A DNA stretch of 64,000 bases, from positions 32,001 to 96,000 of the forward strand of contig CAWIEK010000057.1 in assembly GCA_963835065.1 (NCBI GenBank), written 5' to 3'. The translations under genes were made by a program, and so were the position numbers. Shown piece after piece: positions 29,948-39,995 of the stretch. Source of the DNA: an uncultured Chthonomonadaceae bacterium (GTDB lineage Bacteria > Armatimonadota > Chthonomonadetes > Chthonomonadales > Chthonomonadaceae). The notes below the pieces were generated by a model, which was given only the letters and a program-made list of their open reading frames with translations, did not search any database and was not told the origin of the DNA. Within the stretch, counting starts at the first letter, position 1. Every line of letters starts with the position of its first letter.

Positions 29948-30850
29948 ATGCCTGAACAACTGCTGGAAATCACGGCTAAAAACCTTATCAAGAAATATCG
30001 CGGCAGGCCCGTCGTCAATGGCATCAGCATTGATGTGCATCAGGGTGAAATTGTCGGGCTGCTTGGGCCGAACGGCGCGGGCAAAACCACGACATTCTTA
30101 ATGGTTGTCGGACTCGTCAAGCCGCACCGGGGGCAGGTGCTGCTGGACGGGCAGGATATTACGCGCCGGCCCATGTACAAGCGCGCCCGCGCCGGTATCA
30201 GCTATCTGCCACAGGAAGCCTCGGTTTTTCGCAATTTGTCGGTGCAGGAAAACATTCATCTTGTGCTGCAAATGCAGCGACTGTCGCGCAAGCAGCGGGC
30301 CGAACGCGCCGATCAATTGATGGAGCAACTGCACGTCGAGAACCTGCGGCATCAGGTGGCGCGGACGCTTTCGGGCGGGCAGCGTCGGCGCGTCGAGATT
30401 GCGCGTTCGCTTGCCGCCAACCCGAAATTCATTCTGCTGGACGAGCCGTTTACGGGCGTAGACCCCAAAGCCATTGAGGACATCGAAGACATTATCGTCA
30501 GCCTGACCCGTTCCGCAGAGCGTATCGGTATCCTGATTACCGACCACAACGTCGAAGCCATGCTGCGCATCACCCAACGCGCCTACATCGTCGCGGACGG
30601 CCAGATTCGCGTTGCCGGCAAATCCAGTGAACTGATGTACGACCCGGAAGCCCGCGCCGCGTATTTCGGCGAACGCTTCGGCCAGCCCCGCGACTCCGCC
30701 CATGAACAAGCGGAACGCGAAGCCCGCCTCGCGGCGGAAGCCGATCTGCAAGCCCGCCTCGCGGCGGAAGCCGAACTCCGCCGCGCCAGTGGCGAGTGGG
30801 AGATGGAAGAGGAAAAAGGGAAAAGGGAAAAGGGAAAAGCAGAAGAATAG
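29948..30850 (+). CDS. lptB: LPS export ABC transporter ATP-binding protein
   Basis: GPNGAGKTTTF, YLPQEASVFR, LSGGQRRRVEIAR, LLDEPFTGVDP, ITDHNV. Confidence 0.96.
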   Translation: MPEQLLEITAKNLIKKYRGRPVVNGISIDVHQGEIVGLLGPNGAGKTTTFLMVVGLVKPHRGQVLLDGQDITRRPMYKRARAGISYLPQEASVFRNLSVQENIHLVLQMQRLSRKQRAERADQLMEQLHVENLRHQVARTLSGGQRRRVEIARSLAANPKFILLDEPFTGVDPKAIEDIEDIIVSLTRSAERIGILITDHNVEAMLRITQRAYIVADGQIRVAGKSSELMYDPEARAAYFGERFGQPRDSAHEQAEREARLAAEADLQARLAAEAELRRASGEWEMEEEKGKREKGKAEE

Positions 30851-30940
30851 GATGCGCAGCGCAACACTTTGAATGTTGTCGTAGGCGAAGGGTTTAGCCC
30901 GTTGCCTAAGCTAAACTTTTCCCTTTTCCCTTTTCCCTCT
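30811..30940. repeat. Heptamer hairpin (GGGAAAA)n...(TTTTCCC)n
   Basis: Left arm is inside the lptB 3' end (EKGKREKGK); right arm precedes the RBS of the permease. Confidence 0.92.
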
Positions 30941-30955
30941 CCAAAGGATACAAGC

Positions 30956-32125
30956 ATGAAATTAATAGATAAGGCCGTGCTGAAAGACCTGATTGGGCCG
31001 TTCATTAACGGCATGTTTATGTTCATCCTGCTTGTGTTTACCGCAGGGTTTTTGTTTCAGGCCACGACGCTGCTGGTGCAGGGCGTTCCCCTGCTCACGG
31101 TGATGAAGTTTATTTTGTATGTGCTGCCAAGCATTGTCACGCAGACGTTTCCGATGGCGATGCTGCTGGCGGCTCTGATGGGGTTCGGGCGGCTGTCCTC
31201 GGATCGGGAAGCGGTTGCTATTTTCGCCGCCGGAATTTCGTTTCCGCGCATGGCGCGGGCGGTGTTGTTGATGGGCGTCGTGGTGAGCGTCGTGGCGTTT
31301 ATGTGGAACGAGTATGTTGTGCCGCCCGCGAGTTCGGCTGCCGTGAAACTGCGAAGCGAAGCCGCGTCGAAGTTAGCCCAATCAGAAAAACAACTGTCGT
31401 TTCCGCTCATGTCTGCCGACAACAAGACTATTGAGCGCTTTATCAAGATAGATCACGGGTATGATGCGCGTACCAACACCATCAAGGGACTCACGCTGAT
31501 TCAATACAGCAAAGACCCGGCACACGCGGGCGAAGTGGAAGTGGAAGTGCATTGCGACCATGCCATTGTCAACGGCCAAAAAGGGCTGGACTGGAAATAC
31601 TACGACGGCTATGTCACCGTTCACGAATGGGACAAGAAGACAGGCCGGCTTGAAAGCGTTCAGCCCCTCAATTTCGATGTGCTGCAAGCCCTGCCCAAAG
31701 GCGCGAGCATGGGCAAGTCGTTCAGCGAGATTATGAACGCGCAGCGCGTGGACTCGGATACGCGCAGTTTCCGCGAACTGCGCGACGAAATCCGCTCCGA
31801 TTACAAAAAACAGCATTTGTCCGAAGCGCGTGGCAAGGAAGTGGATTTATACGGTAAAATTGCTCTGCCGCTTGCCAGTATCATCTTCGGGATTGTGGGC
31901 GCGGCGTTGGGCATCAGTACGCAGCGCGGAGCCAGTCGCACTGTCGGTTTTGGCATGGCATTGTTTATTGTGTTCGTGTATTGGGTCTTTTATCGCGCCA
32001 TGTGGGTAGCCGGTCAAAGCGGCAGCGTATCGCCAATCCTCGCCGCCTTCGCCGCCGATATTGTTGGCCTGACGGTCGGCCTGGCACTCGCGGTGCGGGC
32101 ATCGCAGGTAGGCATTAGGCATTAG
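30956..32125 (+). CDS. LptF/LptG family permease
   Basis: MKLIDKAVLKDLIGPF, PMAMLLAALMGFGRLSSDRE, KIALPLAS; six TM segments. Confidence 0.93.
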   Translation: MKLIDKAVLKDLIGPFINGMFMFILLVFTAGFLFQATTLLVQGVPLLTVMKFILYVLPSIVTQTFPMAMLLAALMGFGRLSSDREAVAIFAAGISFPRMARAVLLMGVVVSVVAFMWNEYVVPPASSAAVKLRSEAASKLAQSEKQLSFPLMSADNKTIERFIKIDHGYDARTNTIKGLTLIQYSKDPAHAGEVEVEVHCDHAIVNGQKGLDWKYYDGYVTVHEWDKKTGRLESVQPLNFDVLQALPKGASMGKSFSEIMNAQRVDSDTRSFRELRDEIRSDYKKQHLSEARGKEVDLYGKIALPLASIIFGIVGAALGISTQRGASRTVGFGMALFIVFVYWVFYRAMWVAGQSGSVSPILAAFAADIVGLTVGLALAVRASQVGIRH

Positions 32126-32228
32126 GCATTAGAGCAGACATAATCCTATAGTGTGTCGGCAACAATGTACTTCAACAGGCACAGGCTGAGAGGCATTCCT
32201 AATGCCTAATGCCTAATGCCTAATGCCT
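32109..32228. repeat. Heptamer hairpin (TAGGCAT)n...(ATGCCTA)n
   Basis: Supplies the permease stop codon; right arm abuts the GGAG RBS of DUF3084. Confidence 0.95.
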
Positions 32229-32239
32229 GGAGTTCTCCC

Positions 32240-33880
32240 ATGTTCTGGACACTGCTCGCCCTGCTGTTGATGATTGTGCTGGGCGGGTTTATTTCTTATT
32301 ACGGTGATTTGCAGGGCAGGCGCTGGGGCAAGCGGCGCGTGTCCTGGTTTGGCTTGCGTCCCAAATATACCGCCGTTGTCATTACCAGTCTGACAGGCGC
32401 GTTTATTGCCCTGATGAGCATCATTACGGTGCTGATTGCCTCCCCGACCGTGCGCGAAGTGGTATTGCGCGGCGAACGGGCGCTTGAGGAGAACAAGCGG
32501 GCGCTGGAAGAAAACCGGCAGCTTAACAACAAACTGGCGGTGGAGCGTAAAATCGCCACGCGGGACGTGGATGTATTGAAGGCGTCCACCAAAAGCCTGA
32601 ATGAAGCGCTGAAAACGAAAAAACAGGAAGTGGAAACGACAAAGCTGGAGTTGGAACTGGCGCGCAGGGATGTTACCGCCGCGCAGCAGAAACTCGTTCC
32701 CATGCAGGCGGAAGTGACTCAACTGCAAGCAAGACAGGCGGAATCAAAAACCACGCTGAAGCAGGAACAAGCCGCTATTAAGCAGAAATCCGCCGAACTG
32801 CAAACTAAAATCGTTGAAAACAAGCGGGCTTCCGAAATGAACATCGGCCTGAGCCAGCGATTGCAGGATTTGAACCAGCGAACGAAACAACTGGCTGACA
32901 AGAACCGGGAACTGGAACAGGGGAACAAAGAGCTTCAACAGACCAAAGACAGCATGACGCAGACGATTGATAATTTGTCGCAGGAAAAAATGCGAAAAAC
33001 GCATGAGAACGATGCGCTGCTGGAAGTAAATAAGCGCATGATTGCGCAGAACAACGATCTGGAAGCCAAAAACGGTTCCGTCGCGCAGGAATTGGATAAG
33101 AAGCAGCGTGAACTTGCCAAAGCGAACACGCAGTTGGATCAGGCAGCCGCCAATCTTGCGGGCGCGGGGCAAACGTTTACGCAAAACTACCATGCGCTGC
33201 GGCAGGGCGAAATCAACATTCGGGCGGGCGCGGAACTGGCGCGGCGCGTGATTGCGGCCAAACAAAGCAGTGACGCCGTGCGCAAACAATTGGTGCAGTT
33301 ATTGGAAGCGGCGGGCGATACGGCCAGCGTTTACGGGGCGGCGCGGGGCGACAACAACCGGGCGGTTCGCATAATCAGCAAGAAGCTGGTGACGCAGTTC
33401 GAGACGCAGGATGTGGACGAAAGTGCCAGCCTCAACGCGCAGTCGGAAGTGATTGCCAACAGTTCCACGCCGGTTGTCGTGATTGCCACAGCGCTCAACA
33501 ACAGTCTGCGCGGCGAACAGGCGATTGTGGAACTGCGCCCGTTTGCCGTCCGGCATGTATTCGACAAGGAGGAAGTGGTCGCGTCACGCCTGATAGACGC
33601 GGTCCAATCTCCGCAGCGCATCAAGGAAGCGATTGCCGAGTTTTTGCAGCAGAACGTGAAAAATGCGGCGGTACGCGCAGGCAGTATTCCCCATGTCAAC
33701 CCGGAAACGGGCCGCAAGGAGATCGGCGTGTATGACAGCATTGCCCTGGGACAGTTAGCCGATCAGGTAAAGCGCATGGGCGGCAGCGTCCTGCTCAAAG
33801 CCGTCGCCACCACCGCCATTACGTCCGCCGACCCGCTGGACGACGAACATCTGCACTTCGAGACGGTACACACTCCGTAG
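32240..33880 (+). CDS. DUF3084 domain coiled-coil membrane protein
   Basis: GGFISYYGDLQGRRWGKRRVSWFGLRPKYTAVVITSLTG signature; long coiled coil. Confidence 0.88.
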   Translation: MFWTLLALLLMIVLGGFISYYGDLQGRRWGKRRVSWFGLRPKYTAVVITSLTGAFIALMSIITVLIASPTVREVVLRGERALEENKRALEENRQLNNKLAVERKIATRDVDVLKASTKSLNEALKTKKQEVETTKLELELARRDVTAAQQKLVPMQAEVTQLQARQAESKTTLKQEQAAIKQKSAELQTKIVENKRASEMNIGLSQRLQDLNQRTKQLADKNRELEQGNKELQQTKDSMTQTIDNLSQEKMRKTHENDALLEVNKRMIAQNNDLEAKNGSVAQELDKKQRELAKANTQLDQAAANLAGAGQTFTQNYHALRQGEINIRAGAELARRVIAAKQSSDAVRKQLVQLLEAAGDTASVYGAARGDNNRAVRIISKKLVTQFETQDVDESASLNAQSEVIANSSTPVVVIATALNNSLRGEQAIVELRPFAVRHVFDKEEVVASRLIDAVQSPQRIKEAIAEFLQQNVKNAAVRAGSIPHVNPETGRKEIGVYDSIALGQLADQVKRMGGSVLLKAVATTAITSADPLDDEHLHFETVHTP

Positions 33881-34019
33881 GGGTAAGGGATAAGTGGCAA
33901 GGGAGAAGGGCGGAAAACAGGGAACAGAAAAAAACAGTGATGAATGCGGAATGATGAATGATGAATCAGAATCCCATTCATCACTCATCACTCATCACTC
34001 ATCACTTTCCCCAACACCC
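33878..34019. repeat. Composite heptamer element with TGATGAA/TCATCAC inner hairpin
   Basis: Core 33937-34004 is nearly identical to the reverse complement of 40584-40651. Confidence 0.92.
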
Positions 34020-34454
34020 TTGCCTCGTGTTCTGGCGATTGACCCCGGCACGGCAAAGTGCGGCGTGGCCGTCGTTTGTTCCGACGGCCACGTTCTGCAC
34101 CGGGGCATTGTGTCGGCAGAAACTCTTGTTGAGGAGACGCGAGCGCTGATTGCCGCGCGCCGGCCTTGCCTTATCATTTGCGGCAATGGCACGGGCGCAA
34201 AGCCGATTCTGCAAGCCCTGCAAGCCGCGCAATTCTCCATTTCCGTTCAGGCGGTTGAAGAAGCGCATACTTCGGAAGCCGCCCGAATTCGTTTTGTTCG
34301 TGAAAACCGCCCGCCATTCCTGCAGCGTTTGCTTCCCCGCAGCCTCCGAACACCCTGGCTCCCCTATGATGATTACGTAGCCGTGATTCTCGCGGAACGT
34401 TACTGGCAGGACGCTGCAACGCGCGGCAATTTTCACCATGAACCTGTCAAGTAG
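33894..34454 (+). CDS. YqgF/RuvX-like RNase H-fold protein (start GTG 33894 or TTG 34020)
   Basis: VLAIDPGTAKCGVA, ICGNGT, VEEAHTSEAAR, DDYVAVILAERY. Confidence 0.85.
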   Translation: MAREKGGKQGTEKNSDECGMMNDESESHSSLITHHSSLSPTPLPRVLAIDPGTAKCGVAVVCSDGHVLHRGIVSAETLVEETRALIAARRPCLIICGNGTGAKPILQALQAAQFSISVQAVEEAHTSEAARIRFVRENRPPFLQRLLPRSLRTPWLPYDDYVAVILAERYWQDAATRGNFHHEPVK

Positions 34455-34516
34455 ATGGTCAAGTAGATGGATGGTTCAATAGCGCAACCAAAGCGTTTGC
34501 AGGTACAATAAAAATT

Positions 34517-34864
34517 ATGCGTCTGCTCAACCTGCTGAAAAGCAAAATACACCGCGCGGTTGTCACCGAAGCGGACTTGAACTACATCGGCAGTATCACC
34601 ATTGACCTCGATTTGATTGAACGCTCCGGCCTGGTTCTCAACGAACTGGTACACGTCTGGAACCTTGACAACGGCGAACGCTTTGAAACGTATGTGCTGA
34701 AAGGCGAACGCGGGGCGGGGCAGATTGTCGTCAACGGAGCCGCCGCCCATCGCGTCCGCGTCGGGCACAAACTTATTATCGCGGCCTTCTGCCTGACCGA
34801 CGAACCCCTGACGCCCACAGTGATTCTCGTGGACGACCACAACCGCTATGTGCGCGACTTGTGA
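34517..34864 (+). CDS. panD: Aspartate 1-decarboxylase
   Basis: LKSKIHRAVVT, YIGSITID (G-S cleavage site), NGERFETY, NGAAA. Confidence 0.97.
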   Translation: MRLLNLLKSKIHRAVVTEADLNYIGSITIDLDLIERSGLVLNELVHVWNLDNGERFETYVLKGERGAGQIVVNGAAAHRVRVGHKLIIAAFCLTDEPLTPTVILVDDHNRYVRDL

Positions 34865-34991
34865 AGGCATTAGGCATTAGGCATTAGGCATTAGGAAGAC
34901 CGCCCCGTTTACTGTTACACCGCAAAGAAGGCTAACGTCACTTCAAGGTGGGTTGATTTTCCTAATGCCTAATGCCTAATGCCTAATGCCT
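34865..34991. repeat. Heptamer hairpin (AGGCATT)n...(AATGCCT)n
   Basis: 33-bp perfect inverted arms starting at the base after the panD stop. Confidence 0.97.
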
Positions 34992-35002
34992 CGAGCCTAA
35001 CT

Positions 35003-35746
35003 ATGATTTACGCAATCGGCGACATACACGGCAAATTGACGATGCTGCGGCAGATGCTCACAGAGATTATCGCGCAGCCGCTTCAGGAAGACGACACGGT
35101 GATCTTTCTGGGCGATTACATAGACCGGGGCGAGGACTCGCGGGGCGTGATTGAGGAAATCATCCGCTTCAAAGCGGAGCGTCACGCCAACACGGTTTTC
35201 CTGCGCGGCAACCATGAGCAATTGATGCTGGATGCGCGTGAGGACGATCCGCCCCGTCCCGCCCCCCGCGCCGGGTTTATTTTATTCGAGGAGCGCACCT
35301 TAAACTGGCTGCAAAACGGCGGCGTGGATACCCTGAAGTCGTATGGCATGGAAGACTATTCCCAGTGGGCAGACAGCATCCCGCCCGAACATTGGGAGTT
35401 TCTGAACCAGACGCGCTTCGAACACATGATCCCCGGCTACCATTTCGTTCATGCCGGCCTGCTACCTCCCGGCGTGAATTGGGAAATGCGCAGTTGGGGT
35501 TTGGACCCGCGCCTGTGGATACGCGAAGAGTTTCTGCACAGCGTAGCGGATTTCGACGGGCGTATCGTGGTCTTCGGACACACGCCGCAGCGGGAAGGCA
35601 AGCCCCTCGTGCAGCCCAACAAAATCGGCATTGACACGGGCGCGGTCTTCGGCAAGCCGCTCACCGCCGCCATCCTCGACCCGTCTGCCGCGCCCGTCGC
35701 CGCCAACGCCCGCTTTATCCAGATTGCCAACCCCGATGAGGAGTAA
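35003..35746 (+). CDS. Ser/Thr protein phosphatase family metallophosphoesterase
   Basis: IGDIHG, LGDYIDRG, LRGNHE, FVHAG, VFGHTP, IDTGA. Confidence 0.92.
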   Translation: MIYAIGDIHGKLTMLRQMLTEIIAQPLQEDDTVIFLGDYIDRGEDSRGVIEEIIRFKAERHANTVFLRGNHEQLMLDAREDDPPRPAPRAGFILFEERTLNWLQNGGVDTLKSYGMEDYSQWADSIPPEHWEFLNQTRFEHMIPGYHFVHAGLLPPGVNWEMRSWGLDPRLWIREEFLHSVADFDGRIVVFGHTPQREGKPLVQPNKIGIDTGAVFGKPLTAAILDPSAAPVAANARFIQIANPDEE

Positions 35747-35796
35747 ACCCTCCCTGCTCCCGTACTCCGCTATTCTCGTAAAGGAGATTTGCTGCT

Positions 35797-36918
35797 GTGG
35801 AAAACGAGAACACGCCCTCAGAAAACGTAACGCTTCCTGCCGAAGAAATCATTGCGCCGGAGTACGACAGCATTGTGAGCGACATTGCGCAGTTGCTCGA
35901 ATCGGCGCGTCGCCAAGCCGCGCGTTCCGTCAACGCCCTGATGACCGCGACGTACTGGCTCATTGGTCAACATATCATAGGACTAGAGCAAAACGGTAAG
36001 GAGCGCGCCAGACGAGGCGACTCATTGCTTGAACGGCTTTCAAAAGATTTGACAGCGAAAGCAGGCAGGGGATTTTCCGTGGATAATCTGGAGTCCATGC
36101 GGCTATTTTACCTTGCTTATCCCGCGCCGCCATATTCCGAGACAGTGTCTCGGAATATGGAATTAACACAAATTGCCGAGCGTTTTCCCTTATCTTGGTC
36201 TCATTACGTGCTTTTAATACGTAGACCGCGCTCTATAGAAGCACGGACCTTCTACGAAATTGAAGCGCAACGGGGTGGATGGTCGCTGAGACAGTTGGAG
36301 CGTCAGATGAATTCAATGTTCTACGAGCGCACTGCTCTTTCGATTAACAAAGCAGCAATGCTTACAAAAGGCATGGAGGTTAAACCGGAAGATGTTATGA
36401 GCGCGGAAGCCGAAATTAAAGACCCGTACGTGCTTGAGTTTCTCAACTTGAAAGATGATTATTCGGAGTTGGAACTTGAAGAGGCGCTTATCAAACATCT
36501 GGAAAGTTTTCTGTTGGAATTAGGCAACGACTTCGCCTACGTAGCAAGGCAAAAACGTATACAGATCGGGCATAGCTGGTTTCGTATGGATTTGCTGCTA
36601 TATCATCGTCGCCTGCGCTGTCTGGTCATTATTGACTTGAAAACAGGCGAGTTCAATCACGCAGACGCAGGGCAGATGAACCTGTACGTCAACTATGCAG
36701 CCGAACATCTGACTTTGCCTGATGAAAACCCGCCTATCGGCCTGATTCTCTGCTCGGAACCCAACGCCGCCGTCGCGCAGTACGCGCTGAACGGCCTGCA
36801 CAACGCGGTTTTAACGGCAGAATACCGTCTCGCCCTCCCCGATGAACAACTGCTCACGGCAGAATTGGAACGCACCCGAAAATTGCTCGAACAACATAAG
36901 AAACCAGATGTCTGCTGA
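35797..36918 (+). CDS. DUF1016 / YhcG PD-(D/E)XK nuclease-domain protein
   Basis: YWLIG, LSWSHY, KDPYVLEFL, FLLELG, DLLLYHRRL, GQMNLY, PPIGLILC. Confidence 0.93.
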   Translation: MENENTPSENVTLPAEEIIAPEYDSIVSDIAQLLESARRQAARSVNALMTATYWLIGQHIIGLEQNGKERARRGDSLLERLSKDLTAKAGRGFSVDNLESMRLFYLAYPAPPYSETVSRNMELTQIAERFPLSWSHYVLLIRRPRSIEARTFYEIEAQRGGWSLRQLERQMNSMFYERTALSINKAAMLTKGMEVKPEDVMSAEAEIKDPYVLEFLNLKDDYSELELEEALIKHLESFLLELGNDFAYVARQKRIQIGHSWFRMDLLLYHRRLRCLVIIDLKTGEFNHADAGQMNLYVNYAAEHLTLPDENPPIGLILCSEPNAAVAQYALNGLHNAVLTAEYRLALPDEQLLTAELERTRKLLEQHKKPDVC

Positions 36919-37018
36919 AAATAGTTTTCCTTCGCTAATGGTACACCTTTGCTGTAAATCCAATTCCGCAGACAGTGTCTGCGGAATTGGAACTGTAAGC
37001 GCTTCGTATGGGGGTAAG

Positions 37019-37745
37019 TCAGGATACAAATAATTGCCACCAACTGCGTTTTTTCACGCCCGCTGCTGTTAATGCTTCGGAAGCCCTGACACGTACCTTC
37101 TTATGTTGATCTTTAAGCAATCGAGTAAAATGGGGAATAGCGCGTCTATCTCCGATTTCGCTTAATGCTTCCACTGATGAGGCACGTATTTGAGGATCAG
37201 GATCATCAAGCGCCTCGATAAGTGGTACTACGGCGCGCACATCTTGGAGGTCGGCGAGTATCCGTATTACTATCATGAGACGCCGTTGGTGAGTATCGGT
37301 GTGAAGAATCTGGATCAGCGGTTCGATTTCGGCTTTCCCAATAGAAATAAGCGCCTCCCAGGCCATAGTTGGGTTGATTCTATCCTCATCCTCAATCATT
37401 AAATCCAGAAGAGGTTCAATGGCCCGCGTATCTTTCAGCTGACCAAGCGCATGAGCCGCAAGACCACGCTGGTTTGGAGATTCATCTTTCAAAGCCAAAA
37501 TGAGCGGTTCGACGGCAGTTGCATCGCCAATCTGTCCAAGAAGATAAGCACTAAGAAAGCGTAGATGACGATTGTCACTCCGAAGCCCGACGGTGAGAGG
37601 CACAATGGCGGGTTTGCCTATAGATTCAAGCGCATCTAGTGCTGCGTTTATATATATCTCTATCTTCTTCCTTCAGTGCTTCTATATGCTTTGCTATCTC
37701 ACTTTGAAGATGCGCTGGCGCGCTTTGAAACTCATCGTTCTCCAT
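37019..37745 (-). CDS. HEAT/PBS-lyase repeat protein (frameshift at a TA tract near 37650)
   Basis: Repeated LG.IGD..AVEPL..AL.D units; the upstream frame MENDEF...EDRDIY joins NAALDALESIGKPAI. Confidence 0.8.
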
Positions 37746-37888
37746 TTGTGATTTCTACTTAACTTGCTCCATGTGTTATACTTACGATAACCCTGTCGAA
37801 GCATCTCATGTGAGAGTGACATCAATACGCTTCTGAGTTGAAATGTTGCGATTCTAAGGCGTAAATTCCCCACGGGGCTTGTTCTTTA

Positions 37889-39809
37889 TCAGGCGGGAAC
37901 CGTATCCGCCCACTGTCGGCTCCGGTCTTCAATCTCTTTAATCGCGTCTTCTTTTACTTTCATTTCTTCGCTATGCTTCGCGGTTTCCGCCAGTGCTAAC
38001 AACTGCTTGATCGTGTCCCGCCGCGCCGGGTTGCTGCGAATCAAGTCCGAAAGTTTCAGTTGCTTCAAGCGCATACTCAGGCTTTCCAAACGCGCGTCCA
38101 GTTCGGGTGTTGGGTGTTGGGTGTTAGGTGTTGGGGGGGCAGGCAAGGATGAAGGATGAGGGATGAAGGATGAAGCCGCTCCTCCTGTTCCCTGTTCCCT
38201 GTTCCCTGTTCCCTGTGTTTCCTCTTCCTCCTCCGCCTGCCCCGTGTAGCTCCACAACACGCGGACGCGCTGCGCGGATTCGTCAATATCGCGGGCGGAG
38301 CGGCGGGCGTCGTAGCGGAGGGGCAGGATTTTATCCGTGCCTTCGATTCGGGCTTCCAGCGCCATCACCGCGTTTTCATCGTACACGAACAGCACGGACA
38401 GCGAACGCCGCGCGCCCGTTGTGGAAACGGGAATATCGTGGATGGTTTCTTCGCGCAGGCGGGTGGCGCGGGCATCGGTCATCAGGCTGTCGGACGTGGC
38501 GTAGCCCTCATATAAAGTGATAGTTAAGGTTTGCTGCGTGGGGGATTTCAGGGTCAGGTCGGAGCGCAGCTTGCGGAACGGCAGTTCGGCTCCCGGTGGG
38601 ATGAGCAGGCCGTAGCGCTCCTGATGCGTGTGCGGGTCCTCGTAGCTCAGGCCCAGGCCGTGACTGGCAACGTCCTTGAGTTCCAATCGCCGCCCGCTTT
38701 CTTCGCTTCCGAGCAGTCCCAACTGGTCGGCGGCCAGAATGGACGCGCCTTCCGCAACCGCCGTAAGCGGATCGAAGGACAGGCAGCGCGCGCCAAACCG
38801 GGCTTCCATCATTTCGCGCACGGCGGGGATTTTGCAGGTTCCGCCGACAAGCAGCACATGCCCGATGCTTTCGGGCGGCAGATTGCTTTTGGCGACGGCT
38901 TCGTCCAGGCAGGCGCGCGTGGCATCTAAGCAAGGGTTTGGAAATCTGCTCGAACACTTCCCGCGTAATGGTGGCGCGCAGGGAATAATCGCGCCCGTCT
39001 TTTTTGCCGACGTTACGCAGAAAGACGCGCGTGGTCGGGTCGGTAGACAATCGCCACTTGATTTGTTCGGCCTCGTTACGCAGAATGCCGTCCAGGTCGG
39101 GGGCGGGCGTAACGCCGGGTTCGATCTGCTGCCGCAGCCATTCGCGGACGCCATAATCGAAGTCAATGCCGCCCAATTTCGGGTTGCCATGCGTGGAATG
39201 GACGCGCAGCGCCTTTTTGGATTTGGCAAGGATGGTAATGTCCAGCGTACCGCCGCCGAAGTCGAACACGAGCAGGTTTTCCTCGGTTTCAGGGCGTTCG
39301 ATGGTGTAGGAAAGCGCGGCAGCCGTCGGCTCATTGACCAATCGGAGCGGGTTCAGGCCGACGATTTTCGCCGCCGCCAGCAATGCTTCCCGCGCCGCGC
39401 CGCCGAAATTGGCCGGAATGGACAAAACCACATCCTTAATCGGTTCGCCGATTTTAGCCTGCGCGTTGGTGACGATATGCTTCAAAATCAGCGCGGCCAC
39501 TTCTTCGGGCTTGTACGCCTGCCCGAACAGCATAAACGTCTTGTTCGGATCGCCCAATGACCGCTTCACTTCGCGGATCGTATCGGGCGACTCCAGCAAA
39601 TCCCACGCCCGCCAGCCAATCGTGATTTCCGGCGTACTGCCCGGCGCGTCATCCTTCCACGCGGCCACGACGGAGGGCGTCCACGGAGCCTGGTACTGAT
39701 CGCGGGTGTTCGGGTCTGACAGCACACTCGCCATGCCGTACTGGTAGCGCGCCACAAGCGACGTGCTGGTTCCAAAATCTATGCCGATGGCAAACGTCTG
39801 CTGCGCCAT
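37889..39809 (-). CDS. Atypical Hsp70 family protein (frameshift near 38928)
   Basis: GIDFGTSTS, NEPTAAAL, VFDFGGGTLD, LGGIDFD, LLVGGTCKIP, AVAEGA. Confidence 0.88.
38105..38215. repeat. In-frame heptamer arrays inside the Hsp70 gene
   Basis: Coding strand (CAGGGAA)4-(TCATCCY)4-(AACACCY)4 = QGTGNREQGT..SSFIPHPSSL..TPNTQHPTP. Confidence 0.95.
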
Positions 39810-39852
39810 GCTTGCTTTTCTCTCCTCAAAATCCAAAGTTTATAGTACCTCC

Positions 39853-39984
39853 TCACCACCAAGACGCCAAGAACACCAAGAGAAAAATGCAATCGAAGAC
39901 AGTTTCGTCCTCTCATGCAACTTCACAATGCAATTCTTCTCATTCTTCTCGTTTTGCTTGGTGTTCTTAGTGTCTTGGTGGTGA
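39853..39984. repeat. Family-B palindromic element
   Basis: tcaccaccaagacgccaagaacaccaag...cttggtgttcttagtgtcttggtggtga. Confidence 0.9.
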
Positions 39985-39995
39985 AGAGTTAAATT

